A program made the position numbers and the translations under genes. A stretch of 64,000 nucleotides of DNA from the human T2T-CHM13v2.0 reference genome, Homo sapiens: assembly GCF_009914755.1 (NCBI RefSeq), contig NC_060936.1. One strand, given 5' to 3'. Shown here piece after piece: positions 51,006 through 64,000 of the stretch; within the stretch, counting starts at the first letter, position 1, and each line of letters starts with the position of its first letter. The notes beneath the pieces were generated by a model. That model searched no databases. It saw nothing but the letters and a program-made list of their open reading frames with translations, and was not told the DNA's origin.

Positions 51006-53765
51006 TAGTCAGCCGAAATTCCTTATATGTGGGTTCCACATCCATGAATTTAACCAACTGCAGATCAAAAGTATTCTTTAAAAAAAAAAAAAAAAAAAAG
51101 AATCACCAAGAAGCAGCTTCTCTGTTCCTTCTCGAATCTCCGCCTAGCTCAGCCTGCCTGCCTTCACTCCTGCCTCCACCATGTCCATCAGAGTGACCCA
51201 GAAGTCCTTCAAGGTGTCCAACTCTGGCCCAAGGGCCTTCAGTAGCCATTCCTACATGTGTGGGCCCAGTGCCTGCATCAGCTCCTCGAGCTTCTCCCGA
51301 ATGGGCAGCAGCAGTTTCCGGGGTAGCCTGGGTGGAGACTTTGGCAGGGCCAGTGGTAGGGGAGGCATCACCCCAGTCACGGTCAACCAGAGCCTGCTGA
51401 GCCCCCTTAACCTGGAGGTGGACCCCAACATCCAAGCTGTGTGCACCCAGGTGAAGGAGCAGATCAAGACCCTCAACAACAAGTTTGCCTCCTTCATTGA
51501 CAAGGTACAGTTCCTGCAGCAGCAGAACAAGATGCTGGAGACCAAGTGGAGGCCCCTGCAGCGGCAGAAGACGGCTCAGAGCAACATGGACAACATGTTC
51601 GAGAGCTACATCAACAAACTTCTGCTGGCAGCTGTACACTCTGGGCCAAGAGAAGCTGAAGCTGGAGGTGGAACTTGATAACATGCAGGGGCTGGTGGAG
51701 GACTTCAAGAACAAGTACGAGGATGATATCAAAAAGCATACAGAGATGGAGAATGAATTTGTCCTCATCAAGAAGGATATGGATGAAGCTTACAAGAACA
51801 AGGTAGAGCTGGAGTCTCACCTGGAAGGGCTTACTGAAGAGATCAGCTTCCTCAGGCAACTGTATGAAGAGGAGATCCGGGAGCTGCAGTCCCAGATCTC
51901 GGACACATCTGTGGTGCTGTCCATTGACAACAGTCGCTCCCTGGACATGAACAGCATCATCGCTGAGGTCAAGGCACCGTACGAGGAGATCGCCAACCAC
52001 AACCAGGCTGAGGCTGAGAGCATGAGATCAAATATGAGGAGCTGCAGACGCTGGCTTGGAAGCATGGGATGACCCGTGGTGCACAAAGACTGAGATCTCC
52101 AAGATGAACAGGAACATCAGTCGGCTCCAGGATGAGATTGAGGGCCTCAAAGGCCAGAGGGCTTCCCTGGAGGCTGCCATCGCAGATGCTGAGCAGCATG
52201 GGGAGCTGGCAGTTAAGGATGCCAACACCAAGCTGTCCAAGCTGGAGGTGGGCGGGCCAAGCAGGACATGGCACGGCAGCTGCGGGAGTACCAGGAGCTG
52301 ATGAACTTCAAGCTGGCCTTGGACATCAAGATCACCACTTAAAGGAAGCTGCTGGAGGATGAGGAGAGCCAGCTGGAGTCTGGGATGCAGAACATGAGTA
52401 TCCATACGAAGACCACCAGCGGCTATTCAGGTGGTCTGAGCTCGGCCTATGGGGGCCTCATAAGCCCTGGCCTCAGCTACAGCCTGGACTCCAGCTTTGG
52501 CTCTGGTGCGGGCTCCAGTTCCTTCAGCTGCACCAGCTCCACCAGGGCTGTGATTGTGAAGATCGAGACCCACGATGGAAAGCTAGTGTCTGAGTCGTCT
52601 GATGTACTGACCAAGTGAACAGCCGTGACAGCCCCTTCTAGCCTACCCCTTCTGCGGCTGCCCCAGAGAGGCTGCTGTCCAGAGGAGCACAGGGAACAGG
52701 AGACCCACCTGAGGCTCAGCCCTAGCCCTCTGCCCACCCGTGGGGGGAGTTTACTGCCTGGGGTACCCCCCTTGCCCATGCCTACAGCTACAAAACAATG
52801 CAATTTTTTTTTCCAAAATAAAACCTCAGCTAGCTCTGCCAACTGTCAAAAAAGAAAAAAAAAATGGTCCAGGTGTGGAGGCTCATGCCGGTAATCCCAA
52901 CACTTTGGGAGGTCAAGGTGGAAGGCTCAGTTTAGCCCAGAGTTCAAGAGCAGCCTGGGCAAGATAGCAAGACCCAGTCTCTGCAAAAAGTGACAAACTT
53001 AGCCGGGCATGGTGGTGCATGCCTAGTCCCATCTACATGTGAGGCTGAGATGGGAGGATCGCTTGTGCCCAGGAGGTCAAGAATGTAGTGAGCTGTAATT
53101 GTGCTACTGCACTCCAGCCTGGGTGACAGAGCGAGACCCTGTCTCAAATAAAAGATCATTGGGTTTGTACTGAATATGTGCACATGTTTTTAATCTTTAT
53201 TCCCTAAGTGATATAATATAACAACTATTTACATATGTAGCATTTACATTATATTAGATATTATACATAATCTAGAGATGATTTTGTTGTTGTTGTTGTT
53301 CATTATTTTTTTATCACAGCCAGGTCCAATAGAGATGATTTAAAATATACTACAGCATTTTGGCTGGATGAGGTGGCTCATGCCTGCGATCCCAGCACTT
53401 TGGGAGGCCGAGGCAGGTAGACTGCTTGAGGCCAGGAATTTGAAATCAGCCTGGCCAACATGGTGAAACCCGTCTCTACTAAAAATACAAAAATTACCCA
53501 GGTGTGGTGGCAGGCACCTCCCTTCTTCTTGGGAGGCTGAGGCATGAGAATCACTTGAGCCCAGGAGGCAGAGGTTGCAATGAGCTGAGATCAGGCCCAC
53601 TGCACTCCAGCCTGGATGACAGAGTAAGACTCTGTCTCAAAAAATAAATAAATAATTAAATAAAATATACTACAACATTTTATATAAGGGCCTTGAACAT
53701 CCACAGATTTTGGTATCCACGAGGGGTCCTGGAGCCAATCCCCCATGGATACCAAGGGACGACTA
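51006..53765 (-). mobile_element. MER2 (TcMar-Tigger) element split by the KRT8 pseudogene and two Alus (52866-53153, 53362-53664)
   Basis: Left piece gtgggttccacatccatgaatttaaccaactgcagatcaaaa; middle piece gcatttacattatattag...aatctagagatgatt; right piece ttttggtatccacgaggggtcctggagccaatccccc...ggataccaagggacgact. TA dinucleotides flank both ends. Confidence 0.75.
51103..52864 (+). pseudogene. Near full-length processed pseudogene of keratin 8 in NUP107 intron 8 (probably the annotated KRT8P39)
   Basis: KRT8-like 5'UTR, ccaccATG at 51181 ([13 protein letters not shown]...[12 protein letters not shown]). Frameshift near 51620, further indels and an in-frame TAA near 52340. C-terminus KIETHDGKLVSESSDVLTK* (TGA 52616-52618). 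AATAAA 52817-52822, A-tail 52848-52864, no introns. Confidence 0.97.
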
Positions 53766-54166
53766 TATGTTTGCTAGAGGTTTCAGTTAGTCTAATTTAT
53801 GAGGATATATATATTTTTTACATCAAAATGGCAAGGTAAAATTTATGAAGATATTTTTATGAAATATTCTGGTACCTGTCAAGAAGTCCATGTAGCTTTT
53901 CTCCTTTAACCCATGGATAAAATGGATTAATTAATTAATTTGACCCATTCTTGAACTGGTCACAATATATTATCCTTTTAATATATTGCTTAGTATTACT
54001 TGCTAATATTTGTATTAAATTGTCTTTTAAAGTCAGTTGTAAGAGCCTTGGATTGCTCTTAGCTTTTATTACTTATCAACTTCTATATAGACTATAAAGG
54101 ATTTTAACGTTTTTAAATGTTTAGTTTCTAACATGTAACAGGGCTGTATTCAGCCCTGTATTACAG

Positions 54167-54466
54167 TTTTTTTTTTTTTATTTTGGGATGGAGTCTCACT
54201 CTGTCACCCAGGCTGGAGTGCAGTGGCGTGATCTCAGCTCACTGCAACCTCTGCCTCGTGGGTTCAAGTGATTCTCGTGCCTTAGCCTCCGAGTAGCTGG
54301 GATTACAGGCTTGCGTCACCACGCCCAGCTAATTTTTGTATTTTTAGTAGAGATGTGGATTCACCATTTTGGCCAGACTGGTCTCGAACTCCTGACCTCA
54401 AGTGATCTGCCTGCCTCGGGCCTCCCAAAGTGCTGGGATTACAGGTGTGAGCCACCATGCCTGGCC
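54167..54466 (-). mobile_element. AluS
   Basis: Alu consensus; TSD tatta(c/a)agttttt. Confidence 0.9.
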
Positions 54467-54785
54467 TATTAAAGTTTTTTGTTTGTTTTATTTCGTGTTT
54501 ATTTTTCCCCAAAACACCATCTCTGGGAAAATGGAATTTTAAATTTCAAGTGTAAAGAATCAATATACCAGGTAAGAGCAGCTACAATTGATGTAGCAGT
54601 TTGGAATTTACACAATAGATACCTTTCAATGATGAATATACAGATTTACTATGTGGTAAAATGTTTATGTATAGATGATTAACTGTACTTGTTTCATACT
54701 GGCTTTTTATCTTTCTATTAAAATAATATTTCTTAACAGCATCTTCTTTTCATTCTGTTTATCCTTTTAATATTTTTCATAATAG

Positions 54786-54857
54786 GCTGTTAATGCCAGT
54801 GAAAAAACAGTTGTGGAAGCGTTATTTCAGAGGGATTCACTTGTTCGACAAAGTCAG
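54786..54857 (+). CDS. NUP107: NUP107 exon 9
   Basis: aatag|GCT; 72 nt; AVNASEKTVVEALFQRDSLVRQSQ; donor CAG|gtatga. Confidence 0.95.
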
Positions 54858-55172
54858 GTATGACTAGAATTTAAAATTTTTTTTTATGAAACATGGAGAA
54901 AAGGTTAATGACATGCAAAGTACTGAAGTGTTTTTTAACTTAAAACTGTTTTCTGAATTTTTTTTCTACTTGATCTTTTTATTTGCAATTAAAAGGAATT
55001 AGAAACCTTATTCTTTGATTTTTAAGTAATAGCCCTAGTATTTTCAGGAATAGCCTGTTAAAAACGATTATTCCTATAGAAAATTTTATTCTTTTGCCAT
55101 AATATTTATTTATCTTAAAGTAAAAATAGTGTTTGGAAAAATTGTTACTTGATATTTTTAAAATCAGAAACT

Positions 55173-55642
<470 letters not shown>

Positions 55643-55824
55643 TAAGTTACCAAACTTTAATTCTTAAGGTCACTCAATGTTGATATTGTTCATTCATCTT
55701 TCAATAAGTATTATTCAGTTTTTACTTTGTTCACACTACTTTGTTCACACTACTTTGTTTGGTGTGTGAGCAAAACAAATAAAGGCTTTGCCTTTATGGA
55801 ATTTATAATTGTTTAAGAGAGTTA

Positions 55825-56476
<652 letters not shown>

Positions 56477-56523
56477 TATATTCTGTTGGGTATTCCGAGC
56501 TTTGGGGAAAAAAATGAATTAGA

Positions 56524-57138
<615 letters not shown>

Positions 57139-57749
57139 TTAAATTGAAGAGAAGGCTTTTCTAAGGTAGTAAGAGACTTTTATGAAATAAAGGCAGCCAG
57201 CCATGCAAAAATCTGGGGGATAACTATTCTGAGCAGGAAAACAAACTGGAATGACCCAGAGAACGTAAAGTGTTTGCACAAAGAAGCCAGTGGGAACACA
57301 GCAAGGAAAAGAATGGTAGAAAACAAGACTGGAGGAAGCCAGATATAGGGCTTTTACAGGCAGACAAATGTAACTATTCTGGACTTTATTCTAAATGTGA
57401 TGGGAAACCTTGAGAATAGAAGAATGACATGGTCCAATTTATGTTTTCAAACAATCACCTGCCTGCTTTTTTCTTAATAAGATTATTGATCATATCAGAA
57501 GATGATCTTCTGATTGTCAAGAAGACACTTCTGTCCTGTTTTCAGCTACTTGTGTGGGTTTGTTTTGTTTTGTCTTGCTTTTGCTTACACTCTTCAGTAC
57601 TTCTAAATTATTATAGGCCCTTGAAGCCAGAAACCTCCCCTAAGTTAAAGGGACAGTTTATTTTAAGTCTTGCAAAAGATTTTTAAAAGGTCAGATTGTG
57701 GCTGGGCATGGTTTAAGACTTGCAAAAGATTTTTAAAAGGTCAGATTGC

Positions 57750-57991
57750 GGGCAGGTACAGTGGCTCACACCTGTAATCCTAGCACTTTGGGAGGCCAAG
57801 GCAGGTGGATCACCCGAGATCAGGAGTTCAAGAGCAGTCTGGCCAACATGGTAAAACCGCATCTCTACTAAAAATACAAAAATTAGCCAGTCGTGGTGGC
57901 GGGCACCAGTGAGCCAAGATCACGCCATTGCACTCCAGCCTGGGTAAAAAGAGCAAAACTCCATCTCAAAAAAAAAAAAAAAAAAAAAAAA
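57750..57991 (+). mobile_element. Alu with internal deletion in the right arm
   Basis: gggcacc joins directly to agtgagccaagatc. Confidence 0.85.
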
Positions 57992-58269
57992 GTCAGATTG
58001 CCAGATTGCCTTTGAATTCAGTAATATGTGTACAAAGTCTGTAAGTCAATTATATATTTTCTCTGCTTAGCTAGGAAATTACTGCTACTAAGCATTTGTT
58101 AAAAATTAAATCTTAAGTGGATGTGATTTTTTTTCTGAAAGGAAGTTTTCATTTTCAGAAAATAAGTTTTTTTTTTTGTTTTTTGTTTTTTGTTTTTTTT
58201 TTTTAGTTAAAATGCCCTGTTGGGTTTTTACAATTTTTAATGAGTTAATCTCCTTTTTTTTGCTGATCA

Positions 58270-59135
58270 GCGGAACAGAACAGAGAACCCCACAATAGAT
58301 TCACACTGATATGGTCATTTGGTTTTCAACAAGGACATCAAAGCAATCCAGCAGGGAATGGAATGCCTTTTTTACAAACTGCAGAAAAATGATATCTATG
58401 AGAAAGAAGATTAACCTTGATGGCTCCCTCACTCCATACCCAACAATTAATTCAAGATGTGTCATAGTCCTAAATGTAGAAGCTAAAAACCATAAAGCTT
58501 TTAAAGAAAAGCATAGGAAGATATCCTAGTAACTTGAGAATAGATAGATGTATCTTAGCTCATAGAAAGCAATAATCAGGCAAAAAAATTGGTTTGACTT
58601 TATCAAAATTAAAAATGTATCATTAAAAAAACACCATTGGCCAGACATGGTGGCTCACACCTGTAATCCTAGCACTTTGGGAGGCTGAGGCAGAAGGATT
58701 ACTTGAGGCCGGGAGTTCAAGACCAGCCAGGGGAACACAGTGAGACCCCCATCTCTACAAAAATATTAAAATGTTAGCAGGGCATGGTGGCGCGTGTCTG
58801 TAGTCCCAGCTACTCAGGAGACTGAAATGGGAGGATCACTTGAGTCCGGGAGGTCGAGGCTGCAGTGAGTCATGATTGTGCCACTGCACTTTAGCCTCGG
58901 CAACAGAGCGAGACCCTGTCTCCAAAAAAAAAAAAAAAAACCCACCATTAAGAAAATAAATGGGAGCAAGCCACAGACTGGGATGTGTAGTTCATAAAGA
59001 ACTATAACTCAATAGTAGAAAGATAATCCTAGTAAAAAGGGCAAAAATTTGAACTGATACATCACGAAACCAGATAGATGAATGGCCAATAAGGACATGA
59101 AAAAGCCCTCAACACCATTAGTCATCTGAGCTAAA
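58270..59135 (+). mobile_element. Old L1M fragment with an AluJ (58639-58940)
   Basis: gaacagaacagagaaccc...aattaattcaagatg...gatgaatggccaataag...cattagtcat; Alu TSD caccatt. Confidence 0.7.
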
Positions 59136-59235
59136 ATGTACTTCTGTATTAAGGATTTTTGCATGTTTTTACTGGGATTGTAGTCTGTCTTTCTTCCTTT
59201 GACTTGATTTGATTTTTTAAAAATAGACCTATTAA

Positions 59236-59367
<132 letters not shown>

Positions 59368-60760
59368 TGAAATGAAAGTTGCCTTCAAAGTTAACTGATT
59401 TTTTTTTTCAGGCTGAGAATTTTTTCTCGTGGATCTTTGTTTTGCTCTTCTAAAGGTTTGCACACACTAACATTTTACTCTAAAACAACTAAGTTGCATT
59501 GGAATCTGATGGAATATATTGAAACATATCCGTGACCTTTGAATTGTAAGTAATAAGTTGTGGAAAGTATACTTAACTTGACAGCATTAAAAACAAATTA
59601 ATTTTGGTCTTATCTTAAGATTTGACTGCCTATATAAGGTAGTGACTGACCTATGAAAGCTCTTTTATGTTGAAAGCAAGTGAAAAAAAACTAAAGCCTT
59701 ATTGGTTTGAGGTTAGAACGGTTATTTGAAAAGTGGATTTGAAAAGAACTGAAGCTGAATTATTCTAAAAACAAAGGAATGAAGCTTTATGACAGGGCAC
59801 GTGAAATGTTTATAGTGAAAAGAGAGAAATAAGTAACAATTGAAAAAAACTTCTAGAATTCCATTTAGTAACAAAGAGGTTTTTGATGAAAATTGTTTGG
59901 GAAAAAGAAAAAGAAAATTGTTTGGAAACTACTCTTAACAGCTTAAAATTGATTATAGCTAAATTACATTGTAGCAGGCAACAGCTGAAAATCGTTTAAT
60001 CTTACCAGCTGGAAAGTGGTGATTTCCTTTTGCCAGAAAGAGACCATGTTCCAAAATTGAATTATGTGTTTGCAAAATATTTATGAAAGTAGTGAATTGA
60101 TCTATTATGTATTCCATTTTCTGAATTGATATTCATATTACCATACACTAAGTAACATGTGGAGTAAGAATTACTTCCTTTCTTGAGTCACATTAAAATT
60201 GTTTTCCATTGGAAGTCCATCATGTAGATCATGTGTGCTGTTTGCTGCTAAAGTGAGAACAATATATTATCCTAAATGCTTAGAAGCACATGGAAAAAAG
60301 GTAGGTAGAAATAACTGTTTTGGGAGATTTGTACTTATTTATTAGAAATCTGTTTAAATTTTTTTATTAGGCATTGGTGTTTTTTATGTGGCATTAATCC
60401 CAAAATAGGTCTTAATAGGCCCTCTTCCCATATGTTCTCAAAAAGTACCAGGTAAGCACTTTGTAGTCACAGAACAGAAGGTTTTTGCTTTGTGTTCTTC
60501 TTCCATCTAGGTCTAATTCTATTTAAACTTGACCATGTAGCTGCTGTGATAGAGTGAAACTCAAGTCATCTTCTAGTGTTACCTGGGCTGGGATAGGCTA
60601 GTAGTATTTCTGCCTTGCCTGACTGAGGCATGCCCTTTGTGGGCCAACTGAGTATGTTTTAAGTAGGGAAGCAGACGACTATGTGGCTATTTGGAACACT
60701 TGTAATCTTGTGAGAGCTTCATTCCCTTTGTTACTTAATTAAATTGAAACAATTTATTTC

Positions 60761-61292
<532 letters not shown>

Positions 61293-61574
61293 TCATGTAT
61301 ACCCTTCTTGTCTAATTTCAAAAAGTCATAGACTCTTTGAGTTGGAAGAGATTTTTGTGGCTGCCTAGTAAGCCTTCTTAATGCAGTAATTCCATTCATG
61401 GTATTTCTAGATCTAACTTCCTGTTCGAACATTTCCGGTGATAAGGCACATGTAACTTGAGAAAACAATGTAATCTAGTTTGTACAACTCTAATTAATAG
61501 AAAATTATTTATAACAAGTCATACTTTTCTTCCCCATATTGCACTGCATACTCTAGGTATATCCCCATTATTTA

Positions 61575-62757
<1,183 letters not shown>

Positions 62758-62934
62758 TAAAAAACAAAAATACAATCATATTATTGAAGGCTCAAAAAAT
62801 AGAAATTCTCAAGGTCTCACTAGCTTTATAAAACCACAGATAGTGAGTGTTTTGTATTTACTTATAGCCCTTTTTCTTTGGTCTTCCTTTTTAAGGTAGT
62901 TGCAGTCATACTATACATTCAAGTTTTTTCCCTC

Positions 62935-63345
62935 TTTTTTAATAGCAATTTGAGATAAAATTTACATACCATGTAATTCACCCATTTCAAGTGACACCAT
63001 TCAATGGTTTTGGTATATTACATTATTGATTTTGTGAATCGTATAATATATATTATTATATTATATAACAAAATGTGCCATTTTAATCATTTAAGTGTGC
63101 ACTTCATGGCATTCATTACATTAACAGTATTGGGAAACCATCACCACTGTCTGTTTCTAAAACTTTTTCATCAACCCAAATACAAACTGTAACCATTATA
63201 TGCAGTAACGCCTCATTCTCTTCTTCCCTCAGCCCCTGTAACCTCTAATCTACTTACTGTCTCTATGATGTATAGGTAGAATCATACAATGTGCTTTTGT
63301 GACTATCTTATTTCACTTAGCATAATGTTTTCAACATTCTATATT
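62935..63345 (-). mobile_element. L1M 3' end fragments
   Basis: tgagataaaatttacatacc...; aaccatcaccact...; ctctaatctacttactgtctctatg; cttatttcacttagcataatgttttcaa. Confidence 0.7.
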
Positions 63346-63476
63346 GAGTTTTTATCCTGCCTTTTTAAGATACCATATCAAAATAGTTTTCCATGTTAAT
63401 TCTTACATAGCTCTCATAGATTTTAAAGGCTATAAGTTCAGAATGATGTTAGGGGTATGATATTCTTTAACTAGTT

Positions 63477-63930
63477 GTATCAATCAGGCTTTCTGGGTTC
63501 AAGTGATAGAAACCCAACCTAAGTTACTTTATGCTTACAAGAGGAGAATTGATTGGCTCATGGAAGTGGGAAGTATAGAAGGTATATCTGGCTTTCAGCA
63601 GGATCCAGGAACTCCAAAGATATCACTAGGATACTGTCTGTGTCCAAGACCCATAGCTCAACCCTCCTCTCTGTGCCTTCATTCCCAGAAAGCTACTCCC
63701 CATGTTGTATCAGAGATGGATACAAGAAGCTCCAAGCTTACATGGAGCTAGCAATCTCAGTAAAAGGAGTATATTTTCTTTCCCAGTATCTCCACCAAGA
63801 GTCCTGGTGGTGAATCTTGTTAGCTCACATCCCTAACCTTAGATTTCTGGAATCGGATCAGGCCTATCCAAAACACAGGAGCCAAGAATGGGGAAAAGGT
63901 GATTCCCTAAAGGGATGATGGAACAAAAAC
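63477..63930 (-). mobile_element. Old MLT1-type LTR relic
   Basis: tgtatcaatcaggctttctgggttcaagtgatagaaaccc...gattggctcatg...ggctttcagcaggatccagg, resembling ancient MaLR LTRs. Confidence 0.45.
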
Positions 63931-64000
63931 ATGTATTTACCTTACTGGTATATAAACACATTGACTTACTGACTTATTGGTCAAGTTGAACATGCAGTAT

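Noticed and set aside
51103-52405. Minus-strand ORFs up to 222 aa over the keratin sequence
   Set aside because: Antisense shadows of GC-rich coiled-coil coding sequence in the KRT8 pseudogene.
51181-52618. Functional keratin gene
   Set aside because: Intronless, A-tailed, with several frameshifts and an internal stop: a processed pseudogene.

Overview
Human (primate) genomic DNA. From the translated exons I recognise the RAP1B-NUP107 interval (human 12q15; locus assignment from memory). The window holds the last two coding exons and the non-coding last exon/3'UTR of RAP1B (+), a repeat-rich interval, an old Alu-interrupted RPL7 processed pseudogene, the CpG-rich promoter of NUP107, and NUP107 coding exons 1-12 (+). 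I hand-spliced those exons: 1083 nt, 361 codons, all phases consistent. A near full-length KRT8 processed pseudogene lies in NUP107 intron 8, nested in a MER2 transposon. By eye there are roughly 65-70 Alu elements or fragments, plus L1, L2, MIR, LTR and DNA-transposon relics. Most ORFs in the supplied track are Alu or low-complexity artefacts. I see no evidence for a new multi-gene system. The most interesting signals are: (1) a U12-type minor intron in NUP107 (intron 2) with a competing AG and an intronic ATG frame running into exon 3; (2) two template-switch-like micro-inversions bracketing NUP107 exon 4, one forming a perfect 34-bp-arm palindrome; (3) a perfect 96-bp tandem duplication in a composite Alu; (4) repeated re-use of single insertion sites; (5) a RAP1B 3'UTR with an NMD-safe intron and dense miRNA seed matches split by tandem poly(A) signals. 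Repeat boundaries and subfamilies are approximate and need RepeatMasker/Dfam.
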